Positions 37,336 to 47,600 of a DNA stretch of 53,197 bases are shown one piece after another. The translations under genes and the position numbers were made by a program. Position 1 is the stretch's first letter; each line of letters opens with the position of its first letter. The DNA is from an uncultured bacterium. GTDB lineage: Bacteria; Lernaellota; Lernaellaia; Lernaellales; Lernaellaceae. Below the pieces are notes generated by a model. The model ran no database searches. It was not told where the DNA came from and saw only the letters and a list, made by a program, of their open reading frames with translations. The stretch is taken from positions 1 to 53,197 of the forward strand of contig CAZHPN010000015.1 in NCBI GenBank assembly GCA_964534375.1, read 5' to 3'.

Positions 37336-38865
37336 ATGCGTCGTTTTCCTAGTTTATTCGCGTTCGGCGCGCTGGCCGTGGCCGCCGGGCTGTTGCTTGC
37401 CGCGCAGGCGTCGGCGGCCAAGAACCCCGCCAAAGGTCCGACCACGGTTGCCCGCGCCGAGGCGGAATCCTGGGTCGCCACGCTGATGTATCCGGACGAC
37501 GACCGGGATCTCGACCGCCGTTTCGCCGCGTTGCGTCTGGGCATCCATCGCCAGGCCTGGGCGCTGGATACGCTGATCCGCCAGTTGCGCGGCGATCGCG
37601 ATCCGGCCGTGCGCGCCGCCTGCGCGTATTCGGTCGGCCGCATCGGCGGCGACCGGGCGGTCGGCGCGCTCGTGGACGCGATAACCGATCCGGTGCGCGA
37701 GGTGCGGACGGCAGCCATCGAAGCGCTGGACGGGCAGGTCAATCCCTATGTCGCGGGCAAACTGGAAGAGCTTTCCCGCCAGGGCGACGGCCCCACGGCG
37801 TTGGCGGCCGCGCGCGTGCTGGAAGCGGCGGGCAGCCTCGGGCCGGGGTGGATCGGCTCGCGGCAACGGCCGGCCGAACCGGCGCCGATGCCGGCGACGA
37901 CCGGCGTGTATGTCGACCCGGCCGCCGGCGACGACGCCAACAAGGGCTACCGCGAAAAGCCGGTGCGCACGATTCGCCGCGGCCTGGCGCTGCTGCAGCC
38001 GGGCGACGCGCTGATGATCGCCGGGTTGCCCGGCGGGCAACCGATTCGCGAGCCGGTGCTCGTGCCGGCGTCGCTGTCGGGCGAGGCGCAAAACCCGACG
38101 CGCATCCTCGCCTGGCCGGGTCGGCCCCGCCCGGTGATTTCGCCGACCCGCCAGATTCCCGCCGCCGCCTTTGCCTCCGACGCCAAGGGCATCTGGCGCA
38201 CCAAAACCGATTTTCGCGTCTTCGGCGCCTTCGTCGTGCGTAGCGCGTCGCACCTGGAAGTGCTGCCGATGGCCGACTCGCGGCAAGAATTGAAACCGGG
38301 CATGTGCTGGTTCGATGCCGCACAAAGCGAGCTCACGATCAACTTCGGCGACCGGCCGCTGCCGCGCGCGGTCGAAGCCGGCTTCGCCCAGCAGGGAGTC
38401 TACATCGACGGCGCCCACGATGTGGTCGTGCAGGATCTCGACGTGCGCTTCGCGCCGGACAGCGGTTTCGACGCCAACGCGTCGCCGCGCGTCGCCTTCG
38501 TGAACTGTACGGCGTCATATTGCGATCGGCACGGCTTTTTCTTCTATTATTCGCCGCACGGCACGGTCCGCGGCTGCCGCGCCAGCTACTGTGCGTTTCA
38601 AGGCGTCAGCGTGCGCGCCAGTCCCGAGACGATTCTGACCGCGGTGCAATCCACGAGCAACGGCGTCGATGGCATTTTGTTCCTCTACGACAGCGACGGC
38701 TGCCTGGCCGTCGACAGCGTCGCGACGGGCAACTTTCGCGGCGTGAGTTTCATTGAGGGGTCGACCCACGGCCGCGTCATCGGCGGCGACTACACGGGAA
38801 ACAAGACGACGTCGGTGTCGTTCGAATCCGGCTCGGTCGGCGGACAAGTGATTCCGCCGCCCTGA
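37336..38865 (+). CDS. Secreted HEAT-repeat plus right-handed beta-helix protein
   Basis: Signal peptide; DRDPAVRAACAYSVG and DPVREVRTAA HEAT repeats; YVDPAAGDDANKG...KPVRTI; beta-helix repeats. Confidence 0.8.
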   Translation: MRRFPSLFAFGALAVAAGLLLAAQASAAKNPAKGPTTVARAEAESWVATLMYPDDDRDLDRRFAALRLGIHRQAWALDTLIRQLRGDRDPAVRAACAYSVGRIGGDRAVGALVDAITDPVREVRTAAIEALDGQVNPYVAGKLEELSRQGDGPTALAAARVLEAAGSLGPGWIGSRQRPAEPAPMPATTGVYVDPAAGDDANKGYREKPVRTIRRGLALLQPGDALMIAGLPGGQPIREPVLVPASLSGEAQNPTRILAWPGRPRPVISPTRQIPAAAFASDAKGIWRTKTDFRVFGAFVVRSASHLEVLPMADSRQELKPGMCWFDAAQSELTINFGDRPLPRAVEAGFAQQGVYIDGAHDVVVQDLDVRFAPDSGFDANASPRVAFVNCTASYCDRHGFFFYYSPHGTVRGCRASYCAFQGVSVRASPETILTAVQSTSNGVDGILFLYDSDGCLAVDSVATGNFRGVSFIEGSTHGRVIGGDYTGNKTTSVSFESGSVGGQVIPPP

Positions 38866-38907
38866 CCGGCGACATATTCCCACGATCACATGACTCGGCG
38901 AGGCGCC

Positions 38908-38955
38908 AATGTCTGACAGGTCGGACGCGTCAGACAAATCAGACTTGTCGGATCT
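38908..38955. repeat. 9-mer tandem array (GTCNGACNN)
   Basis: gtctgacag gtcggacgc gtcagacaa atcagactt gtcggatc. Confidence 0.7.
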
Positions 38956-39053
38956 GCGCAACGCGCTGAACGAAAATGACCCTGGCGAACGGTTGCGGGC
39001 CGCGCGGGCGCATCAATTCTTGGCGAAGATCTCGGCCTGCGCGAGCGGCGCGG

Positions 39054-40436
39054 TCACCACTGATACGTGATCGGCACCGAGACGATATTGCTCTGCGCGC
39101 CGCAAATATCCTCGACGCGGATGTTCAGCGTGTATTTGCCGCTGGGCTCGTACGGCGGCAGCACGTCGGCCCAATTGCCGTTGCAGAGCGCGCCGGCCGG
39201 CAGATTCCACGAGAGCGGAATCCAGGGGCCGCTGCCGATTTGGTAGACGGCGACGCCGTGGGTCAGATTGCAATCCGGATCGTCGCCCTGGATGCGGAAC
39301 ACGGCATTGACGCCTGAGGAGACGACGATTTCCGGCACGACAACGCCGTTGACCATCGACTCGATGTCGACGATCTGCGGCGCGCTGTTGCTGGAGGGGC
39401 AATACGAACTGACCGGCCAATCGACGCTGTACGCCTGATTGGACCCCGGCGGCAGCACCAGAAAGACCTCGTGCTCCGTGAAGTCATAACCGACAGCCAG
39501 GCTCAGGTTCTCGTAGCCGGTTTGCACGTAGCCCATGTACGCGCCGTTTTGACCGACGCGCATGTTGCCGGACACGAGCGAGCCGCCGGACACAATCACG
39601 TTCTTGTTGGTCGTGAAGTCCCAGTAATAGATGATATTCGCCGAAACGTAAAAGAACATCGTGCCGTCGGTCGACCAGTTCGGGTCGGTCGGAGAGTTTT
39701 CGAGGTACAATAACAGATTGCCCTTGGCGTCGCAGACGACGCCGACGCCGCGTTGGACTTTTGTCGTCTGATTTTCCAGCACCACCGCCGCCGCAATCTT
39801 GGATTCATCGGCCGTCCAGCGCGGGAAATATGCGCCCGTGGTCGGCACGAGAAAGGCCTCGCCCGTATTGACGATCGACTTCAGATCGGCCTGCACGACG
39901 TTGCCGCCGTCGGAATCGGAAATCGCCAAGCCGTTTGAATTGAGATAAGCGACCTTGTCCATCGAGGGCGAGTGCGAACCGAATCGCCCGTCGGCCGTGA
40001 ACACGCGTCCGCCGCTCGCATCCACGAGACCTTCAAGCAGTTGGCCGTTCGAGTCGTGGTAAAAGAACTTGCGGCCGTTGGGCGCCAACAGCGCGTCCTG
40101 CGTCTTGACCAGCGGAGTTTGTTGCCCATCGAACGCCCGGACCATCCAGGCCTGGTTCGCATCGTCGATCATAAAAAGCTCATCCGGGGAAGCCGTCTGC
40201 ATGTAGCGCCCGACGAACGGACCGATCATCGTCGCCGACTGGTACGTCAAGTCGATGAGGTACGTTCCCGGCACGCCGGCGAATTCGCCGGAGAAGTACA
40301 TCTGGCCTTGCCGACCGTTGATGATCGGCCCGGAACTTCCGGGGTACAGCGGGGTCGGATGGCTGTGGCAAGCCACGCCCATGGTTAGCATCGCCGCCAC
40401 CGTCAAAATCCACAACAAACTTCTCAACTTTGGCAT
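39054..40436 (-). CDS. Lipoprotein with TolB-like beta-propeller and C-terminal beta-sandwich
   Basis: GVAC lipobox; APNG, SPSMD, PRWTAD, PNWSTDG repeats; AAGGAG SD. Confidence 0.8.
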   Translation of the reverse strand: MPKLRSLLWILTVAAMLTMGVACHSHPTPLYPGSSGPIINGRQGQMYFSGEFAGVPGTYLIDLTYQSATMIGPFVGRYMQTASPDELFMIDDANQAWMVRAFDGQQTPLVKTQDALLAPNGRKFFYHDSNGQLLEGLVDASGGRVFTADGRFGSHSPSMDKVAYLNSNGLAISDSDGGNVVQADLKSIVNTGEAFLVPTTGAYFPRWTADESKIAAAVVLENQTTKVQRGVGVVCDAKGNLLLYLENSPTDPNWSTDGTMFFYVSANIIYYWDFTTNKNVIVSGGSLVSGNMRVGQNGAYMGYVQTGYENLSLAVGYDFTEHEVFLVLPPGSNQAYSVDWPVSSYCPSSNSAPQIVDIESMVNGVVVPEIVVSSGVNAVFRIQGDDPDCNLTHGVAVYQIGSGPWIPLSWNLPAGALCNGNWADVLPPYEPSGKYTLNIRVEDICGAQSNIVSVPITYQW

Positions 40437-40569
40437 GAACGCTCCTTCGCCGCCGCTTTTGGATTTTGGTAGCCCGGTCGCCCACTGTCAAGAAGGTAAT
40501 TTCCGACGCTGGACGTCCCGCCGCGGCGCGCCATTGACCTTCCGTGGCCGATTTGGCACTTTGCCTGCC

Positions 40570-42804
40570 ATGATCGATCGTTTTTTGGCTTGGCCCGCGG
40601 CCATTTTGACCTTGCTCGCATTATCCTTGGCGGGGTCCCCCGCGTTTGCCGCGGACGATCCGTACGCCGCGCGCCGCCAGCAATTCCTCGACGCGGAAAA
40701 ATTTCTGGCGGCCAACCATCCGGAAGAAGCGCGCCAGATCCTGTTCGATCTCGCCAACAGCGACTGGCCGCTCGCCGATGCGGCGGCCGACAAACTGCGC
40801 GCCATGGCCGACGGCTTGCAGGACGCCGCCGGAAAGGCCAATTGGCAGCGCTTCCTTGTCGATCGGTTTCCGACCAGCCTCTACCGCCCCGACGCGTTGC
40901 TGGATTTGGCCGCCAATGCCGTCGAGAGCGACCCGAAGACCGCGGCCCCGTTGTTGCAAACCTATCTGCGCGACTACCCGGAACGGGATGACGGCCACGC
41001 TCTGTGGTTGCTCAGCGAGGCGTTGCTGCGCCTCGAACGGCGGCAGGAGGCCGCGGTAGTCGCGGCCCAGGCCGCCTATTGGAGCCTGGGGCCGTTTGCC
41101 GCCAAAGCCCGCCTGCGGCTGGACGAGTTGGCGCGCGATGGCGTCGCCGTGACCCCGCCGTCGCCGACGGCGCTCTGGACGCGAATCGTCGAGAGCTATG
41201 CCCAAAAGCAGTTCGCCGCCGCCGGCGCCTATGCGGAGCGTTTTGCCGAGATCTACGGCGACGGCCCGCGGGCGTTTCGGGCGTACATGGCGCAGGTCGA
41301 TTGTCTATTGGCGCGCCATCAGCGCGACGGCGCCAAGAGCTTGCTGGAGACGCTGGCGAAGAAGGGCGCCAGCGTCGACGAACGGCTGGCCGCGACGTTG
41401 CGCTTGAAGCGGCTGGACAAGAAACTGGCGGTCGACAAGAAACGCAGTTTCTACGAAGCGGTCGCGGCCAAGGCGACGGCCCCAGAGGCGCGGCTCGAGG
41501 CGCGGCGGGCCCTGCTCGATTTAGAAATGGGGGAAGATCGTCTCGCCCCGGCGGCGGCATGGGCCGATTCGTTGTTGCAAGAGAATGCCGCCGAGTTGTT
41601 GCGGCCCGAAGAGATCTACTGGAAAGCCGGCTTCGCCCACTACCTGCTCGGCGATTACAACCAGGCCGTCGACAGCCTGCGGAAGCTGCTCGAGGCCAGC
41701 CCGCAAGATCGCGACGGCGACCGCGCGCAATATTGGCTGGCCCGCGCCTCGTATCGCCTGGGCGATCAGAAAAACGCCCTGGCGTTGTTTCGCCAATGCT
41801 ACGACCGGTGGCAGGGCACGTATTACGGCCTGGCCGCCGAGGCCTGGCTGCTCGCGCTGGGCGAGCCGCGGGCGCAATTGCCGCTGCTGCCGTTCACCGC
41901 GGCGCCGCCGGCCGCCCCGGGAATTGTCGTTCTCAAAAGTGAGTGGGAACAACAAAACGGCGGCGGCGCGGAATTCGACGACGGCGCGCGCCAGGCGCTG
42001 GACGCGTATATCGCGATGGGCCCGGCCGAGTTCACGCCCGCGTTCCGGGCGGTTCGCGAACTGCTGGCGCTCGGCCGCGGCGCTGACGGCCTGCAGCGGC
42101 TGAACTTCATCAAGGATCGCATCTGCCAAACCGGCGAGGGGCCGTACTTCTTGAGCGTCGCCTATTCCCTGTGCGGCGATTTTCAGGCGGCGGCCCTCGC
42201 GGCGCAGCGCGCCTTCGAGCAAGTCCGCGAAGGCCGGCTCGCCGATCCGCACGCGCTGACCTCGCGCCGCCGCTTTCCGCTGTTGTACAAAGAGCAGGTG
42301 TTCGAGGCGGCGAAGAACCACAATCTCGACCCGTTCCTGCTGTTCAGCGTCATCAAACAGGAGAGCGCGTTTCAAACGGCGGTCACCAGTTCCGCCGGCG
42401 CACGCGGCCTGATGCAAGTGATGCCGGGCACGGGCCGCATCATCGCGCGCAAACGCCGGCTGAAGAAATTCAACCCGACCGATCTTTACAAGATCGACGT
42501 GTCGCTCGACTTCGGCAGTTGGTATCTGGCCGATTTGCTCGATGACGCGGGCCGCGATCTGGCGGCGGCCCTGGCGGGCTACAACGCGGGCATCAGCCGG
42601 CCGCGCCGCTGGTGGATGCAGTACGAAGGCCGCGATTACGACGAACTGATCGAGCTGATTCCGTTCGACGAAACGCGCGGCTACGTACTGGGCATCTTTC
42701 GCAACTACGAGATGTATTCCCGCTTGCACGGCGACCGGCAACAGACGCCGGATCCGCCGAGCGTCTTCACAGTGCTCACGCAGAAAGTAAAGTGCTTGCC
42801 TTAG
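40570..42804 (+). CDS. slt: Soluble lytic transglycosylase (Slt-like) with TPR N-domain
   Basis: IKQESAF, SSAGARGLMQVMP, GYNAG, IPFDETRGYV; signal peptide. Confidence 0.92.
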   Translation: MIDRFLAWPAAILTLLALSLAGSPAFAADDPYAARRQQFLDAEKFLAANHPEEARQILFDLANSDWPLADAAADKLRAMADGLQDAAGKANWQRFLVDRFPTSLYRPDALLDLAANAVESDPKTAAPLLQTYLRDYPERDDGHALWLLSEALLRLERRQEAAVVAAQAAYWSLGPFAAKARLRLDELARDGVAVTPPSPTALWTRIVESYAQKQFAAAGAYAERFAEIYGDGPRAFRAYMAQVDCLLARHQRDGAKSLLETLAKKGASVDERLAATLRLKRLDKKLAVDKKRSFYEAVAAKATAPEARLEARRALLDLEMGEDRLAPAAAWADSLLQENAAELLRPEEIYWKAGFAHYLLGDYNQAVDSLRKLLEASPQDRDGDRAQYWLARASYRLGDQKNALALFRQCYDRWQGTYYGLAAEAWLLALGEPRAQLPLLPFTAAPPAAPGIVVLKSEWEQQNGGGAEFDDGARQALDAYIAMGPAEFTPAFRAVRELLALGRGADGLQRLNFIKDRICQTGEGPYFLSVAYSLCGDFQAAALAAQRAFEQVREGRLADPHALTSRRRFPLLYKEQVFEAAKNHNLDPFLLFSVIKQESAFQTAVTSSAGARGLMQVMPGTGRIIARKRRLKKFNPTDLYKIDVSLDFGSWYLADLLDDAGRDLAAALAGYNAGISRPRRWWMQYEGRDYDELIELIPFDETRGYVLGIFRNYEMYSRLHGDRQQTPDPPSVFTVLTQKVKCLP

Positions 42805-42856
42805 CGACGTTTTGTTTTTATGCTTTGCGCTTGTCCCGCACGGCCCGGAGGATGGC

Positions 42857-43333
42857 ATGGTCGAAACATATCCAGTGACGATCCGAGGTTATGAAAACCT
42901 GAAAAAACTGCTGCACGAGTTGAAGACCGTGGAGCGGCCGAAGGTGATCCTCGCGATCGCCGAAGCTCGCGGCCACGGCGATCTGTCGGAAAACGCCGAG
43001 TACGACGCCGCCAAGGAAAAGCAGGGCCAGATCGAGTCGCGCATCGCCGATATCGAACACAAGATCGCGATCGCGCAGGTCATCGACCCCACGAAGATTC
43101 GCGAGGACAAGGTCGTGTTCGGCGCCACCGTGACCTTGCTCGATTTGGATTCGGAACAGCAGAAAACCTACATGATCGTCAGCGACTCCGAGGCCGACCT
43201 CAAGGCGGCGATGGTCAGCGTCAATTCCCCGATCGCCCGCGCCATGATCGGCAAACGCGCCGGCGAACTGGTCGAATTCGACACCGCCAACGGCTTGCGG
43301 GAACTCGAAATTCTGCGCATCGAATTCAAGTGA
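42857..43333 (+). CDS. greA: Transcription elongation factor GreA
   Basis: ARGHGDLSENAEYDAAKEKQ, VVFGATV, SVNSPIARAMIGK; GGAGG SD. Confidence 0.97.
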   Translation: MVETYPVTIRGYENLKKLLHELKTVERPKVILAIAEARGHGDLSENAEYDAAKEKQGQIESRIADIEHKIAIAQVIDPTKIREDKVVFGATVTLLDLDSEQQKTYMIVSDSEADLKAAMVSVNSPIARAMIGKRAGELVEFDTANGLRELEILRIEFK

Positions 43334-43379
43334 CCTAGACTGTTTCAGCAGATCGGATCGGCCGGAATTTTTACCCTAA

Positions 43380-43450
43380 AAACGCAGAGAGCGCAAAGGC
43401 GGACAAGCATTTGAGCGTCGCGGCCTTTCCTTCCTCGCGATCTTTGCGAT
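43380..43450. repeat. Degenerate inverted 9-mer element (CGCAGAG/CGCAAAG ... CTTTGCG)
   Basis: aacgcagagagcgcaaagg ... ctcgcgatctttgcg. Confidence 0.5.
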
Positions 43451-43535
43451 AAAAAAAACAGCCGCCGGAGTTTCTGCCGCGAGGACGGCGTTTGGCCGAA
43501 CTTCCCCAGTTCAGAGATCCTGATCGAGCAATTTC

Positions 43536-44654
43536 TCAGCGCAATTTCAAGGCGAGCAGGCTGATCACGGCGGCGATGCCGGCGATGATCCAGAGGCGCA
43601 CGACGACCTTCGGCTCGGCCATGCCGCGCAGCCGAAAGGCGTCGTGCAGCGGCGCGCGAGAAAAGATGCGCAAACCGAGGCCGCCGCGGTTGACGCCGAA
43701 GCGGTCCTGGATCAGCGACGAAACGAACTCGGCGCAGAAGAGGAAGCCGGCAAGCAGAAACAGCAGTTCTTGCTTGATCAGCACCGCCGCGGTGGCGAGC
43801 GCCCCGCCGATCGCCAGGCTGCCGGTGTCGCCCATGAACACCGTCGCCGGGTACGAATTATACCAAAGGAACCCGACCAGCGACCCGAATAGCGCCGCGA
43901 GAAACACCGACAATTCGCCGGCGCCCTTGATATGGTCGAAGAGCAGATAGGGGCTGATTTTGGCGTGCGACAGCAGGTACGCGTACACGGCGTAGACCAT
44001 CGCCGCCATGATCGCCGGGCCGGTGGCCAGACCGTCCATGCCGTCGGTCAGGTTGATCGCGTTGCTGATCCCCAGCACCACCAGCACAACGAACGGAATA
44101 TAGAAAATCGACAGCGGCAGCGTGCCCTTGATGAACGGAATGGCGATGCGGCCGATCAGGTGCCGCTCGTGCGGCGAGAGCGCCGGAATGAAGCAAATTA
44201 GCGCCAGCAGCAGGCCGAACAGGCCCTGGTAGGTCATTTTTTCGCCGCGCGACAGCCCCAGGTCCGCGTCTTTGCGGACGACGATCTTCAAGTAGTCGTC
44301 CGCCGCGCCGATCGCCGTGAACCAGATCAGGCTCAAGATCATAATTTGCACGAAGCGGTTGCCGATGTCGCAGCACAGCAGGCTGACCAGCATCGTCACC
44401 AGCGAGAATATCAGCCCGCCCATCTGCGGCGTGCCTTTCTTGTCGTGCACCTGCATCACGCCGTAGTCGCGCGGCGTGTCGTGGATGCCGGCCCGGTGCA
44501 GCAGGCGGATCAGCGGCGCGCCGAGCAGCAGCGTCAGCAGAATCCCCAGCACGGCCGCGACGCCGGCGCGAAAAGTGATATACCCCAGCAAGCGGATGAT
44601 CGTGGTCATCGCCTCGCCTGCCGCGGCATGTTGCTGGTGAATGAGGTAGAGCAC
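43536..44654 (-). CDS. mraY: Phospho-N-acetylmuramoyl-pentapeptide transferase MraY (divergent)
   Basis: YITFR, KKGTPQMGG, DDYLK, NAINLTDGMDGLA, WYNSYPATVFMGDTGSL, APLHDAF, EPKVVVRLW. Confidence 0.93.
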   Translation of the reverse strand: MLYLIHQQHAAAGEAMTTIIRLLGYITFRAGVAAVLGILLTLLLGAPLIRLLHRAGIHDTPRDYGVMQVHDKKGTPQMGGLIFSLVTMLVSLLCCDIGNRFVQIMILSLIWFTAIGAADDYLKIVVRKDADLGLSRGEKMTYQGLFGLLLALICFIPALSPHERHLIGRIAIPFIKGTLPLSIFYIPFVVLVVLGISNAINLTDGMDGLATGPAIMAAMVYAVYAYLLSHAKISPYLLFDHIKGAGELSVFLAALFGSLVGFLWYNSYPATVFMGDTGSLAIGGALATAAVLIKQELLFLLAGFLFCAEFVSSLIQDRFGVNRGGLGLRIFSRAPLHDAFRLRGMAEPKVVVRLWIIAGIAAVISLLALKLR

Positions 44655-44655
44655 G

Positions 44656-47600
44656 CTATCCCTCCTCGGTCAGCCCGGCGATCGCCCGCTTGACCGCGGT
44701 CTTCAGCGGCGAAACCGGCTCGACCATTTCCGCGGTCAGCAGCGTGCGCTGCAGCGCCCGCCGCAACGCCGCGCGATCCGGCGCCAGCCCGCGGTCGTGG
44801 AGCCGCCGGCAACCGGTCGCCGCCGCGGCCCGCACCGGCCAGCGCGGATCGTCGAGCAGCCAGAACAGTTCGTCGATCGCGTGCGGCGCGTCCGCCAACT
44901 CGGCCCACGCCGCGATCGCCGCCGGGGCGACCTCGAAGTGGCGGTCGCGCAGGCAACGGGCGACGCCGGCCAGGCACGCCGCATCGCCCCGCAACTGTTC
45001 GCGGAACGACACGGCCGTGCGCAGGGCGAACTGCCGCACCTCGTAATACGGATCGTCGAGGCCGGCGAGGATCGCGCGGCGGACGCGCTCGTCGAACACG
45101 CCGACGTCGGTCAGCGCCGTCAGCGCGTTGCGGCGCACGAAGCCGGCGTCGCGCCGCGAGCCGAGCCATTGCCGCAGCAGCCACGGGCGGCGTTCGATCG
45201 GGGCGGCGACGGCGTCGACGAGCACGTCGAGCTGGTCGGCCATTTTCAGCGCGCCGATCAGCTTGACGCCGAAGTTGCGCACCCACCAATCGTCGTGGCT
45301 GAGGTACGTCGCCAGGCGCTCGCGCACGATCGCCAGTTCCGCGTCGTCGAAGGGGCGGCGCTGCGCCTCGGCCAGCAACGCCGCGGCGGACAGCGCGCGC
45401 ACGTTGCCGTTGCCTTCGGGCAGCCGCAGCGGCGGATTGCCGAACGGCCGGCCCAGGCCGTACCGCGCCGCGAAATAGTTGAGAAAGTCGATCAGCGGAT
45501 CCGTGCGCAAGAGGTAAGCGAACATCAGGAAGATGAACAGGCCCAGGCCCGCCGGGGCCAGGAAGGCCCAGGCCTTCGCCACGAACCCCGCGCCGTCGCG
45601 CGGCGCGACAAACGCCAACTGCATCACCAGGACCATCACCACGCTGGCGGCGATCGTCTTGCCGAAGGTCGGCGCGAATTGCCGCATTCCGATCGGCGCG
45701 CCGTCGGCCGCGAGCCGCCGCGCGATGATGCGGTGCCGCCAGACGGTGTTGAAGGCGAACATCAGGCTGGTGGCCAGGGCCAGGCCCGCGTGCCGCAGGG
45801 GCGTCCGCACGAGCACGACGGCGAAGACAAGGTAAACCACCAGGCTGCCGGCGTTGGTGAGCATGCTGGTGCGCGTGTCGAGCTGGCTGGAAAAGACGCG
45901 GCTGTACAGCGAGGTCAGCGACCAGCCGAGCAGGCCGATCGCGTAGCAGACCAGCGCGAGGCTGGTCATTGACGTGCCGACGGCGGTGAATTTGCCGCCC
46001 TCGAAAATGAACCGCACCAGGGGCGTGGCGAGCGCGATGAGCATCGCCGTCGTCGGGATCATCAACATCAGCGTGGCGTCGATGCCGCGCCGGAGCATCG
46101 CGCTGTATTCCTTGGCGTCGCTCTCCGCCGCGACGTCGGAAAGATCGCGCAGGAACACGCGGCTGACGCTCATCGCCAACACGCTGAAGGGAAACACCAC
46201 CAGCAAACGCGAGAAATAGAGGGCGCTGACGGAGCCCGCGATCAGCGGCGTCGCCAGCACCTTGTCGACAATGCCGCTGATTTTGTTGATCGTCGCGTCG
46301 ATAAACACCGGCCCGGCCAGCGCCGCGACTTTGCGAACGCCCGGTTCGCCGTGCAGCCGCGGCTGGTACGCGTTCCACGCGATCTTTTCGCGCAGCCCGC
46401 GCCGCAGCAGGAAGAACATCTGGTACACGATTTGCAGCGCGCCGCCGACGAGCACGCCGACGCCCAGCGCGTACAGCCCGAACAGCGGTTCGAGAATCGG
46501 CACGATGAAAATCAGCCCGAGGCTGTAGAGCACCGGCGAAAACGCGTTCGGCCCGAAGCGGTCGAAGGCTTGCAACAGCGTGCCGAGAAACGCGCTGACG
46601 CTCATCAGAATCAGGAACGGGAACATCAGCCGCGTCATGGCGACGGTCTGCGCAATCAGCGCGGGATCGTTGAAGCGCGCGACGAGGTGAATCCACCACG
46701 GGCAGGTGAGAATCGCGAGCGCCGTGAACGCCGAGGAAAGCACGAAGAAGAAGTTGAACACCTGCCACGCCAGCCGCCAGGCCGGCCGCTTGTCATCGCT
46801 GCGATGGTAGAAGAGCAGGAACGACGGCAGGAAAGCGTTCTCCAGCGCCATCTCGGCCACGACCTCGCGCATCAGGTTCGCGATGCTCAGCGCCACGGCA
46901 AACACGTCCATGATGCTGCCCGCGCCGAAGAAGCGGCCCAGGAACGCCTCGCGCACGAAGCCCAGGCCCTTGGCCATGAACGTGCCCAGCCCTTGCGAGA
47001 AAACGTTTTCGACCACGCCCTTCGTCGCCTTCTCGCGCGTCACGGTCACCCACTCGAAGGCGAGCGAAAATTCGGTTCCGTCGGGCAGCACGAGGCGGTC
47101 GTCTTCGGCCAGTGCGGTCGGGCCGTTCACGGCTTCGATGGCGCCGTCCGCGTGGCGCAGGCGAAGGGATTCGCGCGGAATGACGGTCCACGTTTCCTCG
47201 ACGCGCCCGTTGACCATTCGCGCCGTCCGCTTGAGCCAGAAATGGCCCGGCGCCAACCCCGGCAGCGCCAGCCGCACATCGTCCCAGCGGCCGCTGCCGA
47301 CGCGCGATTTGTCGTAGAGCGCTTCCGTCCGGCGGCCCTGCGGATCGACCAGGAACGTGCGGCGGCGCGTTGCTTTTTCCGACTGCGGCTTCGGGCCGGC
47401 GACCAGCGCCCGGGCCTGGGCCTCGATGCGCTCGAGGCAATCCGGCACGACGAACCCCGCCGCGGCGGCGCGCATCGCGGCCCGGCGTTCCGGCGGCGCC
47501 GACAACAACTCGCGGATCGCGGCCAGCAGCCGCTCGTCGTCGACGGCGTCGACGCTCTCGCCGCGTTCGACGACCCGCCGCTCTTGAATGACGAGGCAAG

